From NCBI GenBank assembly GCA_963733055.1, contig CAVTBR010000001.1:1216001-1280000 (forward strand): a stretch of DNA of 64,000 nucleotides. Direction: 5' to 3'. The position numbers were made by a program, and so were the translations under genes. This DNA is from Candidatus Bathyarchaeota archaeon (lineage in GTDB: Archaea; Thermoproteota; Bathyarchaeia; 40CM-2-53-6). Shown here piece after piece: positions 1-8,745 of this stretch; within the stretch, counting starts at the first letter, position 1; the number at the start of each line of letters is the position of its first letter. Below the pieces are notes generated by a model that was given only the letters and a program-made list of their open reading frames with translations, had not been told where the DNA came from and made no database searches.

Positions 1-1
1 A

Positions 2-544
2 ATCGCCCAGAAAATGCAAGAGGCAATCCTGAAGGCAAGGAATGAGGGCGATAGCCTCGGTGGCGTTGTCGAATGCATAGCGGACGGAGTTCCACCTGGA
101 ATCGGTGAACCCTTCTTTGACAGCCTAGACGCTGATCTCGCCAAGATTGCATTTAGCATTCCCGCGGTCAAGGGCTTTGAGGTGGGGTTAGGCTTTCAAG
201 CATCGGCGGTGGCGGGTTCAGTGAATAACGATTCCTACACAGTCAAGGATGGTAGGGTGGTTACGTTGACAAATAATGCTGGCGGGATACTGGGTGGTTT
301 GTCAAATGGAATGCCAATCGTCGTACGTGTAGGGTTTAAACCGCCTTCTTCGATTCCGAAGGAACAGAAGACGGTGAACCTGAAGGAGATGCGGGACACG
401 ACAGTTCAAGTTACTGGTCGGCATGACCCCTGTATAGTTCCGAAGGCCGTCCCAGTTGTGGAGGCTTCAGTTGCTGTTGTCTTGGCGGACCATTGCCTTC
501 GATCTGGAGTGATTCCGCGAACTCTGGGTAAGAAGGAAGTCTAA
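2..544 (+). CDS. aroC: Chorismate synthase, C-terminal part (5' end outside window)
   Basis: GDSLGG, PAVKGFEVG, TNNAGGILGG and GRHDPC signature motifs; frame is open to the window edge. Confidence 0.95.
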   Translation: MAQKMQEAILKARNEGDSLGGVVECIADGVPPGIGEPFFDSLDADLAKIAFSIPAVKGFEVGLGFQASAVAGSVNNDSYTVKDGRVVTLTNNAGGILGGLSNGMPIVVRVGFKPPSSIPKEQKTVNLKEMRDTTVQVTGRHDPCIVPKAVPVVEASVAVVLADHCLRSGVIPRTLGKKEV

Positions 545-548
545 GGAC

Positions 549-1433
549 TCATGAGCTCGATGCTTCCACGGCAGCTGTAAATCGGTCGTATGCTGTGTCG
601 AACAGGCTGTCCTTTCGAGCATACGCTGCTTCCCCGCTTAGATTACGTATCAAATTACTTCGGGTTCCGCTCTGAATCGTGTGCAGCATAGTGTTGCTTT
701 GTTTAAGGAATTGTTTGATGAGTTGTATTGCGTATTTGTTGTCGGCTAGAATCGAGGTTTCGTTCTCAAGTTTCTCGTGGTAGAGGGCTTCCGCCACGAG
801 AAGCTGGAGTCTGAAGGTTGTGCCAGCCATGTTGCGTGCTTGGTTAGGGGCCAAGCCTGCGTCCTTCAGGGTCTTGATGAATGCAAAGTTAACGAAATGT
901 GGTAGAGCCAATGTTGCGGCAACGATTCTGTCGTGGCTTTCCAGGTCACTCGCAATGATGTTGGCTCGTCTCTTTCTGAAGAGCGATAGGAAATCTCTTG
1001 CAGTTTTACTCTTCCGCGGTTGATGTGCAACAATTATTGTTTTATCTTCTAAGTTTCGTGCGGTTCCGGGCCCAAACATTGGGTGAATGCTTAGAATTTG
1101 AAAACCGCATCTTGCTAAGCGCGCAATTTCTCTCTTGAGAGGTTCCTTCACTGAAGAGATTTCTACGAGCAGAGTTTTTCGGGATAAGTGAGGCTCTAGG
1201 CGCTTGAGAATTCGCATCGTTACGTGTGTGGGCGTGGCAAGAATGACTAACTGGGACAGTTGGGCAGCGGCGGTCGCATTTTTCATAAATCTGAATCCGT
1301 TCCGATTGGCAGACCTGCGTCCGAGGCGGTTGTCTCTCTCACATATTATGATCCGGTATCCATTAGACGAGAGAAAATCTGCGAACCAGGACCCCATTCG
1401 CCCCGCGCCGCCAATGATAGTTGCTATTGCCAT
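549..1433 (-). CDS. tyrA: Prephenate/arogenate dehydrogenase
   Basis: Rossmann IIGGAGRMG, EISSVK, SIHPMFGP, HDRIVA..ALPH motifs. Confidence 0.92.
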   Translation of the reverse strand: MAIATIIGGAGRMGSWFADFLSSNGYRIIICERDNRLGRRSANRNGFRFMKNATAAAQLSQLVILATPTHVTMRILKRLEPHLSRKTLLVEISSVKEPLKREIARLARCGFQILSIHPMFGPGTARNLEDKTIIVAHQPRKSKTARDFLSLFRKRRANIIASDLESHDRIVAATLALPHFVNFAFIKTLKDAGLAPNQARNMAGTTFRLQLLVAEALYHEKLENETSILADNKYAIQLIKQFLKQSNTMLHTIQSGTRSNLIRNLSGEAAYARKDSLFDTAYDRFTAAVEASSS

Positions 1434-2854
1434 GCGTCAATCGCCCTACCGATGGCCTTGATTGCGCTTGGAATTTGCGCTCGCGGTAAAGATACGGCGA
1501 GCCGGAAGAATTCCGGGTAGTCACCGAACGATAGGCCGGGAGTAATGCTTACGTGATGTTCCGATAGGAGTTGTTTCGCGAACTTTACTGAGTCGAAGTT
1601 GGGTTTGTTGGCTTTAGGGAAAACGTAGAACGCACCGTCTGGCCTGTGGAATGAAACGTCGATCTTCTCGAGCTCTTGACACGTGAGGTCTACTTTTTTC
1701 ATGATCGCCTTCACGTTTCGTTGTGCGTCGGGCTTGGCATGTTTGATCACGACTAGGGCGGCGTTCTGGATGAATTCCGGTATGCAGGTTATAGCTGTCT
1801 GCAGCAGTCGTCGAATTCGCATGGCGTTTGTCTTTGTGGTGACGAGGTAGGCTATTCTCCAGCCTGTCATCCCAAACTCTTTGGAGAAACTGTTGATGTA
1901 AACGAAATTATCGTAGCTGCTGTCCAATATGGTCGGGGCAGGAGAATGAACGTATCGATCGTAGACTTCGTCTGAAAGTATCATAGTATTGTATTTGGCG
2001 GCCATGGCTACGATTTGTTCGAATTTCTCTTTGGCAATGACTCCCCCCGTAGGGTTGCGTGGAGTATTGAGAACGAGGAGTTTAGTGCCCTTCTTGAGTT
2101 CCGACTCAAGCATCGCTAAGTCTACGTCCCAATGGTCTTCAAAAGTTGAGTTCAAGGGAATTACTCGGCCTTTGACGAAATTCACACATTCTTCGTACGC
2201 GGGCCAGCTCGGTTGAGGTATCACGACTCGTTCTAGGGATGAGACGAAACTGGTGATTGCCGCGAAGATGCCGAACCTGCCGCCAGGCGTGATTAAGATT
2301 TGATCAGGTTCAATCTCAGTCCCATGCAACTGGTTCAGTTCAGCTGCAAGAGCTTCTCTTAACGAGGGTAACCCTGCGGCGGGACCATAGCCGATAACCT
2401 TCTTCTTTCGGAATGTGGAGCTCAACGCGCGTATTACTTGAGGAGGGGCGGGGAAGTTTGGTTCCCCGATCTCGAATCTTGTGACCTTAGCGCCTTGCGA
2501 TAAGAGTTTCTGGGTTAATTCGAAAATTTCTTTAGCCAATTGGTCTTTCGACTGTTGCGGGTGAGCCGTATCTTCTACTCGAACTGTTTCTTCGATGAGG
2601 AGTTCGCCTAGACGCCTCGTGAGGGATTGATCTAGGCCAAGTTGTGCCCCAAAACGAGTAAGGCTATCCATAGTGACCGTTTCGGCATCGGAGTCAATAG
2701 TCGGCAAGTCCTTGCTATGCTTGACTTCGGCAATTTGGCTCCCAATCGCCAACCGTTCTTTAATCAGCGAGAGGATTTGCTTGTCGGTTTCACGTATCTT
2801 TGTCCGGCAGTCTTCGAGCGTGTTCAAGTCAGACGCCACAATAATTGAGTTCAC
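1424..2854 (-). CDS. Fusion of AroQ chorismate mutase and class I/II PLP aminotransferase
   Basis: N-terminal LEDCRTKIRETDKQILSLIKER...K (AroQ); then GEPNF, NTPRNPTG, SDEVY and SFSKEFGMTGWRIAY (PLP lysine). Confidence 0.9.
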   Translation of the reverse strand: MNSIIVASDLNTLEDCRTKIRETDKQILSLIKERLAIGSQIAEVKHSKDLPTIDSDAETVTMDSLTRFGAQLGLDQSLTRRLGELLIEETVRVEDTAHPQQSKDQLAKEIFELTQKLLSQGAKVTRFEIGEPNFPAPPQVIRALSSTFRKKKVIGYGPAAGLPSLREALAAELNQLHGTEIEPDQILITPGGRFGIFAAITSFVSSLERVVIPQPSWPAYEECVNFVKGRVIPLNSTFEDHWDVDLAMLESELKKGTKLLVLNTPRNPTGGVIAKEKFEQIVAMAAKYNTMILSDEVYDRYVHSPAPTILDSSYDNFVYINSFSKEFGMTGWRIAYLVTTKTNAMRIRRLLQTAITCIPEFIQNAALVVIKHAKPDAQRNVKAIMKKVDLTCQELEKIDVSFHRPDGAFYVFPKANKPNFDSVKFAKQLLSEHHVSITPGLSFGDYPEFFRLAVSLPRAQIPSAIKAIGRAIDAWQ

Positions 2855-2886
2855 TCAACTATTCTAGGCTCGATTAAAGATAATCG

Positions 2887-3978
2887 TTATTCGACAATCT
2901 GCCTTTCCACGAAACCAAGTTCTCTACCGTCGGTCGCGAGTTTGAGATAGCCCAGCTCTATCGTACGGATTCCCAAAGCGGGCTTGCAGTAGACTCTTAA
3001 TGCTTCAAGTTCGAAGGCGACTAGGACACCGATTTGTACCAAGTATCGGTTTTCGTCGAGAAGGCCAACGATGATGTTCCTAAATTCTTTGCGGTCTGAC
3101 TTGTTCAGGAAAGAGAGGTTTTCGGGGATAGACAATTGCACGTCTGGTGGAGTGAAAGTTCTCACATTCCCGCCTTCGAGGAATCTACGATAGCCATCGG
3201 TCCTTGTCTTTCGCCTGTCGCTCCTAGACCGTGATAACACCTCCCTCGCCGGCTCTACGTTCATTGATTGTGCCCCACTTCCGGCCAGGATGGGTTGCAG
3301 TTCGTTTCCGAAGCCTAGCCCAATAACTAGGTCGGGTTTGGTTTGAGTGATCAGGTCGATCTTATGCTGAATCGCTTCGGGGTCCGTGATCCAGCCGTCA
3401 GTGTTTATGATCGTGACTGAATCTTCTAACACGGCAGATAGTCTTCGAATGCCATCAATTAGTTTCCCCTTAACTGGACCCGGGCTCGTGTCCCCGATGA
3501 AGATCCGGGCGTCAGGCTCTAATTCAGATAGAGCTGTAATTGATTTCCTTGGCTCTGCTCTAGCTATAGTAGTTGGTGGACCCAGGTCCGCCTGTCCAAC
3601 GTCAGCATCGATGATGTACATCTTCTGCCCGATCAGCCTGTTAACCAAGTAGACGCAGAGAGTACTCTTTCCGACGTCGGTCGTTCCAATCACCGTCACC
3701 CTTCCTTGTTTCATTTCCTTCAGGGCTTCGGCGGCGTCGCTCCATGAAGGAGGAATGGAACTGCCCTGAATCTCGAATAATCCCCCGGATTTTCCAATAG
3801 CTATCTCTAACCCGGCCCGCTGCGCTGTTTCGATCGGAAGTTGTCTCTCGCTCATTATGATTATTCGTTGATGCGATGGAATGGTTGCTCCCAGAATTGA
3901 CGCCTGTCCGTCGAGAAGATCCATGGTAGCTGGTCCGCGTACGAGTAATGTCTTGTTGGGAAATATTTCACGGAACAT
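2887..3978 (-). CDS. Clp1/Grc3/Nol9-type polynucleotide 5'-OH kinase
   Basis: GTTDVGKST P-loop, DADVGQ, INTDGW, RSRSDRR motifs. Confidence 0.88.
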   Translation of the reverse strand: MFREIFPNKTLLVRGPATMDLLDGQASILGATIPSHQRIIIMSERQLPIETAQRAGLEIAIGKSGGLFEIQGSSIPPSWSDAAEALKEMKQGRVTVIGTTDVGKSTLCVYLVNRLIGQKMYIIDADVGQADLGPPTTIARAEPRKSITALSELEPDARIFIGDTSPGPVKGKLIDGIRRLSAVLEDSVTIINTDGWITDPEAIQHKIDLITQTKPDLVIGLGFGNELQPILAGSGAQSMNVEPAREVLSRSRSDRRKTRTDGYRRFLEGGNVRTFTPPDVQLSIPENLSFLNKSDRKEFRNIIVGLLDENRYLVQIGVLVAFELEALRVYCKPALGIRTIELGYLKLATDGRELGFVERQIVE

Positions 3979-4086
3979 TATCAGTCATTCTGCGAGCTTG
4001 ATGTAACATTTACGGGTATAGGAGCCAGTGAATATTGCTAAATACACTGTCGGGTCTTCTCGCTTTCTTGCCTGGCTGGTTCTCAG

Positions 4087-4500
4087 ATGAAAGTTGACGA
4101 TTATGACGTTCCCGATGGACTCCGTTACACCAAGGAGCATGAGTGGATGAAGGTGGAGAACGGGCTATGTCGTATTGGAATAACAGACTACGCTCAAAAG
4201 TCGCTACACGAGGTCGTTTACGTCGACTTGCCGCAGTTAGGTAAGAATTTAGCCCAAAACGCGGCGTTCGGTACAGTAGAGTCGGTTAAGGCGGTTTCGG
4301 AGCTTTACTCCCCAGTTTCCGGCGACGTCGCGGAGCGTAACGAGAATTTAGTCCAATCGCCTGAATCAGTGAATCAGGATCCGTATGGGACCGGCTGGAT
4401 TGTCATAGTTAAGCCTTCACAGTTAGAGACGGATATGAAGACGCTCTTGAGCACCGAGAGTTACTCAGCTTTTCTGAAGGAAGTTATCAGGAAGAAGTGA
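4087..4500 (+). CDS. gcvH: Glycine cleavage system H protein
   Basis: YTKEHEW, GITDYAQ, VESVKAVSELYSP lipoyl-lysine motif. Confidence 0.96.
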   Translation: MKVDDYDVPDGLRYTKEHEWMKVENGLCRIGITDYAQKSLHEVVYVDLPQLGKNLAQNAAFGTVESVKAVSELYSPVSGDVAERNENLVQSPESVNQDPYGTGWIVIVKPSQLETDMKTLLSTESYSAFLKEVIRKK

Positions 4501-4588
4501 AGACTCCACTCGACCTAGACGGCGATCTTCCATCGTTCATGCATTAATTTAAAAATGGGTTGGAATGGAGTAGCTGGACTGAACCCGC

Positions 4589-4954
4589 ATGAACCTAACG
4601 CAAAATTCCAGCCTCGACGAACGTCTGCAGCAGTCGCGGGTGTTCAAGCGACTCGCTCTGAGAAAGCTACAGCAGCGAAGACTGAAGGAAGGGCCGGAGC
4701 AGAGGGACGTATACTCTACCGTCGCGTCAGAGTTCCTAAGTCTTCCCTCTCTTGATAACGTTGATCGCCTTTCAACCGTCTACGGCTACTCAAGGGTTCG
4801 CAGAGCGATTAGTCTACTCGACAACTTGGTCTTTGAGGAATTCTTTTACGGAAAGCTCTACCTTTACCCACTGTGGATCAAACAATTCGCTCGGCTACTC
4901 GACGCGGCCAGACCGCGGGCCATTGTAAAGGAATTAATGTCCAGCCAAGAATAG
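4589..4954 (+). CDS. Hypothetical protein
   Basis: 121-aa ORF filling the gcvH-radB gap; AT-rich TATA-like ATTAATTTAAAA upstream. Confidence 0.55.
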   Translation: MNLTQNSSLDERLQQSRVFKRLALRKLQQRRLKEGPEQRDVYSTVASEFLSLPSLDNVDRLSTVYGYSRVRRAISLLDNLVFEEFFYGKLYLYPLWIKQFARLLDAARPRAIVKELMSSQE

Positions 4955-5052
4955 CTCTCCCTAGGAGTAGGGAGACTTAATCCGGACCCTGGATTAGAGA
5001 CGGCGACCAGGCCGGAGGAATCCGTGTTTCATAGGGAAGGGTAGTTTGATCG

Positions 5053-5757
5053 TTGCCCGTAGTGGTAGAGAAGATTTCCGTTGGTTGTACTAGCCTCGAT
5101 CGAATGATTCATGGAGGTTTCACTAGAGGAGAGGTGGCGCTGATTTATGGCGAAGCCGCAACAGGAAAAACTACTACTGTAATTCAAGCCGCCGCTTCCT
5201 CGGCTGAGATGAAGCTGAAAGTGATCTACATTGACTCAGATCGCTCCTTCACCCAACAGAGGTTTGGCCAAATTGCGGGAAATCAATCCAAGGAAATCAG
5301 CGAACTAATCTCGCTATTCTTTCCTGATACGTTTTCAGAGCAAAGAGCTATGATAGAATCTCTGGAGAATTATGTTACGCCCTCACTGGGAATGGTGGTA
5401 GTCGATTCTGTCAGCTCATTGTATCGCGCCGCCTTTTCCGACACGGCCAGCATCTTCAGTCTAAACCGCGACCTGGGTGGACAACTAGCGTATTTAGGTG
5501 AATTAGCTTCCTCGCACAACATCGCCTGCGTGATTACGAGCCAGGTCCATTCCCGCCTAAAGCCTCCCATGACCGATATCGAACCCGTCGCACGCAGGAC
5601 TCTTTTCCATTTTCCGCGAACAATTCTCAGGACTAAAAACACTCCCAAACCAAGCGTGAGAGAATTTGTTCTGGAGCGATTCAACGGGACCGATATTCCC
5701 AGAGTTAGCTGTTTGGTGCGATTGCAGGAAAATGGGCTAGCCGACAGCGCAGCCTAG
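5053..5757 (+). CDS. radB: DNA repair protein RadB (RecA family)
   Basis: GEAATGKTT Walker A, YIDSD, VVVDSVSSLYR Walker B, TSQV; no RadA N-terminal domain. Confidence 0.82.
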   Translation: MPVVVEKISVGCTSLDRMIHGGFTRGEVALIYGEAATGKTTTVIQAAASSAEMKLKVIYIDSDRSFTQQRFGQIAGNQSKEISELISLFFPDTFSEQRAMIESLENYVTPSLGMVVVDSVSSLYRAAFSDTASIFSLNRDLGGQLAYLGELASSHNIACVITSQVHSRLKPPMTDIEPVARRTLFHFPRTILRTKNTPKPSVREFVLERFNGTDIPRVSCLVRLQENGLADSAA

Positions 5758-5798
5758 TTTTTATTTCCACAGCCCAAGCGTAATCCGTATTCCGTCTG

Positions 5799-6308
5799 GT
5801 GAAAGAATTGTGGCCGCAACCGCAGGATTGGCTCTCAGCTCTCTACATAATCCTGCCCACATACTGCGCGAACGCAGCCCCCGTAATCTTCGGAGGCGGA
5901 CGCTCGATCGATTTTGGAAAGAAATTAACCGACGGACAAAGAGTCTTCGGAGACAACAAGACATTTCGCGGGTTCATTAGCGGAATCATCGTCGGAACAT
6001 TGGTCGGCCTCCTCTGTTCCTACGTACTCTCCCGGAATCTGATTTCGATCGCGATCCTCGCTTCAGTGGGGGCTTTGCTTGGGGATTTGGCGGGGGCGTT
6101 TCTGAAGAGACGATTGCATATTAGGCCTGGAGACTCGTTGCCTGGCGTGGATCAGCTAGATTTCGTAGTAGGATCCTTGCTCTTTGTTTCGCTCTTTTCG
6201 CCAATCCCCACTACGGTCATCCTGATCCTGCTTGTTGTTACTCCACCGATTCACTTTCTAACGAATGTCGGTGCCTACCTTCTCGGTCTGAAAGAGAACT
6301 ACTGGTAA
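5799..6308 (+). CDS. carS: CDP-archaeol synthase
   Basis: PTYCANAAPV, DGQRVFGDNKT, GDLAGAFLKRR, DQLDF motifs. Confidence 0.93.
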   Translation: MKELWPQPQDWLSALYIILPTYCANAAPVIFGGGRSIDFGKKLTDGQRVFGDNKTFRGFISGIIVGTLVGLLCSYVLSRNLISIAILASVGALLGDLAGAFLKRRLHIRPGDSLPGVDQLDFVVGSLLFVSLFSPIPTTVILILLVVTPPIHFLTNVGAYLLGLKENYW

Positions 6309-6314
6309 ACGACG

Positions 6315-6782
6315 TCAGCCAATCTTAGTGTTGATCAGTTGAGTGGAGTAGGCTACAACTATGAGGACGGTCACGGTTCCAAGAATCAAAAGAAGGTATG
6401 CGTTGCGCGGCCTGTAGGCATACCTCGTGCTACGAAGAAGCATGTAGAGACCGGCTAGACCGAGAAAATATAGGAACGCAGCAATCAGGCTCTCATTCAA
6501 AGTCTGTTGACCGAGAGTACCTTGGATTACCACGGAATATCCGTATGATGTGGGCAGTAGCGAGATGGGATGCTCAAGTATATCGTAAACTCCGCCGGCC
6601 AAAACGAACCCAACGAAGAGAACGACTCCCAACGCCAAAACCGTTGTCGAAGGTTTCATCCTGCGTGTGGTCGGCCCTTTCAAACCACGGAACGAGTAAC
6701 CTAGGTTACCAAACAGCCGTTGCATCTTCCATGGTATTCTGCGTAGTCTGATGCGAAGACCTTCGAACATGTGATAGTTCAC
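6315..6782 (-). CDS. OSTC/DC2-like (OST3/OST6 family) three-TM membrane protein
   Basis: PS..V.AL....F.LAGGVYDI...P, Q...E...AFL..LG..G....RS and terminal K.G align by eye with eukaryotic OSTC/DC2; start could be ATG 6770. Confidence 0.7.
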   Translation of the reverse strand: MNYHMFEGLRIRLRRIPWKMQRLFGNLGYSFRGLKGPTTRRMKPSTTVLALGVVLFVGFVLAGGVYDILEHPISLLPTSYGYSVVIQGTLGQQTLNESLIAAFLYFLGLAGLYMLLRSTRYAYRPRNAYLLLILGTVTVLIVVAYSTQLINTKIG

Positions 6783-6855
6783 TACGCAGCTGGAACGACC
6801 AAGAGGCTAAAATATGTTGCCTTGCTTGTTGGTCGTCCTTAAGCGTGGTTCAATT

Positions 6856-7032
6856 TTGCCCCAGAAGATTTTCTGTCAGGAGTGCGGCTCAGTCCTTTAT
6901 CATGGGTTGGAGCTTGAGACTCCAATGGAAATCATACAACGGCATAATGGTATATGCCCTCAATGCAAGAGGAAACTCGACTTCGAAACCGAGAAGGTCA
7001 AAATCGCCCCAAACGAGGAAGTAGCAAAGTAA
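6856..7032 (+). CDS. Small zinc-ribbon protein
   Basis: CQEC...CPQC; likely TTG start at 6856 (MPQKIFC). Confidence 0.7.
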   Translation: MPQKIFCQECGSVLYHGLELETPMEIIQRHNGICPQCKRKLDFETEKVKIAPNEEVAK

Positions 7033-7081
7033 TCAGTGCCACATCGAATCTCCTGACGTAAGAGTACCTCAGTGAAGTGGT

Positions 7082-8209
7082 TTGCCTAAAAACGTGCAAA
7101 TACAAGCCTTTCACGAGAACAATGGACATTTGACCGAGTTTGCTGGTTACAACCTCCCGCTTTGGTTCAAAGGAATAATCCCAGAATCACTCGCCGTCAG
7201 GAACGCCGCCGGAATCTTTGACGTTAGCCACATGGGCCGGGCGTTGGTCGAAGGTCGAGACTCGGTACGATTCCTAGATCACATTACAACAAACGATGTC
7301 GCATCTCTCGGTAAATGTGTGGGTCAGTACTCGCTGCTCTGTAATTCGGTCGGCGGAATCAAAGACGACATTCTAGTCTTCGACCTGAAGCAGGATCAAT
7401 ACCTGATTGTGTATAATGCCGCCAACCGTGAAAGTGACTACGAATGGTTCGACTCGAACAAGGAGGGGTTTGACGCAGAGATTCAGGACGTATCCGATGA
7501 TGTCGCAATGTTCGCGGTACAAGGCCCGAAAGCCGTCCCGTTGATTACTAAACTTGCCGATGCACCTCTCGGCAATTTACCGCGCTTCGCCTGTGATTGG
7601 GCGGAGATCGCCGGGTCTAAAGTTCTGGTTTCGAGAACAGGTTACACGGGTGAAGATGGATTCGAGATATTCGTTTGGGACGCCCCTATTGGAAACGACG
7701 TGAACGCGCAGAAAGTTTGGGATAAGATACTGGAGGCGGGCAGACCGGAAGGACTTGAGCCATGCGGCCTAGGTGCGAGAGATCTATTGCGACTTGAGGC
7801 GGGACTCTGCTTGTACGGCACTGACATGGACGAAAACACGAACCCCTTCGAAGCAAAATTGGGATTCGTTGTCAAGCTGAACAAGGACTTCATTGGACGG
7901 AGCAGTCTGCAAACAATCAAGGAAAAAGGTCCCGCGAAATTGCGAGTTGGTGCTGTAACAGAAAATCGAGTGATACCGAGACACGGGTTCAGCATCCTCC
8001 TCAATGAAGAAGAAATAGGCCGAGTAACAAGTGGCACCCTCTCTCCCCTCCTCGATAGGGGGATCGCAATGGGTTACGTGACCCCGCAATATGCAAGTCA
8101 GAATAACGCTGTCAAAATCAAGATTAGGGATAGAGTTGAAGGGGCAAAATTCGTGAAGCCCCCGTTCTACGACATAAGCAAGTATGGATACTCACGGAAG
8201 ACTCAGTAG
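7082..8209 (+). CDS. gcvT: Glycine cleavage system aminomethyltransferase T
   Basis: FDVSHMG, VQGP, SRTGYTGEDGFE, GLGARDLLRLEAG. Confidence 0.96.
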   Translation: MPKNVQIQAFHENNGHLTEFAGYNLPLWFKGIIPESLAVRNAAGIFDVSHMGRALVEGRDSVRFLDHITTNDVASLGKCVGQYSLLCNSVGGIKDDILVFDLKQDQYLIVYNAANRESDYEWFDSNKEGFDAEIQDVSDDVAMFAVQGPKAVPLITKLADAPLGNLPRFACDWAEIAGSKVLVSRTGYTGEDGFEIFVWDAPIGNDVNAQKVWDKILEAGRPEGLEPCGLGARDLLRLEAGLCLYGTDMDENTNPFEAKLGFVVKLNKDFIGRSSLQTIKEKGPAKLRVGAVTENRVIPRHGFSILLNEEEIGRVTSGTLSPLLDRGIAMGYVTPQYASQNNAVKIKIRDRVEGAKFVKPPFYDISKYGYSRKTQ

Positions 8210-8221
8210 CGTCGGTCGGTT

Positions 8222-8536
8222 CTAGTCGCGTTCCAGTTTAGATCGAAGCCACTTCAGCGGACCTTCCCCCTCAGCGCCCGCGTAAGGGACCGTTTCTCTT
8301 GTCTCAGTCATCGCGGAAGTTGGGGTAAGGACTGTAACGATCGGAGTCCAACGAAAGCCCTTCAGGCTTGGCATAGGCGCGCCGCATTCTATGCACTGCT
8401 CTAATCCATCTGGGTTGGGGGTTCCGCATTGGGAACAGTATATTGGATTTAGAATCGAACCGCAATTAATGCAGTACCTCCCATCGCTGACATTCGCCTT
8501 TCCGCAAGATGGGCAAGACAAGTAGGCATCAGGCAT
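8222..8536 (-). CDS. Double zinc-ribbon protein
   Basis: Four CxxCG motifs; ATG at 8536 (MPDAYLSC). Confidence 0.75.
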   Translation of the reverse strand: MPDAYLSCPSCGKANVSDGRYCINCGSILNPIYCSQCGTPNPDGLEQCIECGAPMPSLKGFRWTPIVTVLTPTSAMTETRETVPYAGAEGEGPLKWLRSKLERD

Positions 8537-8696
8537 GGTATGATTCCCAATCCACACTGAAATCAGTCATTCGGCCTGACAAGGTTTTCGGACATTGATG
8601 ACTCGAAACTCAAACCGGCTTACATTGAAATCGCAGGCACACACGTCCAGAGTGTGAATGACAAGGCGATTGAATCGGTCGTTCTGCTTCATCAAC

Positions 8697-8705
8697 CTTT
8701 TATAA
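8697..8705 (+). promoter_or_regulatory. TATA box candidate for aglB
   Basis: CTTTTATAA about 40 nt upstream of ATG 8746. Confidence 0.5.
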
Positions 8706-8745
8706 CGCGCTCAAAGTGTACCTTCGAAAATCTGCGGGTGCATAA

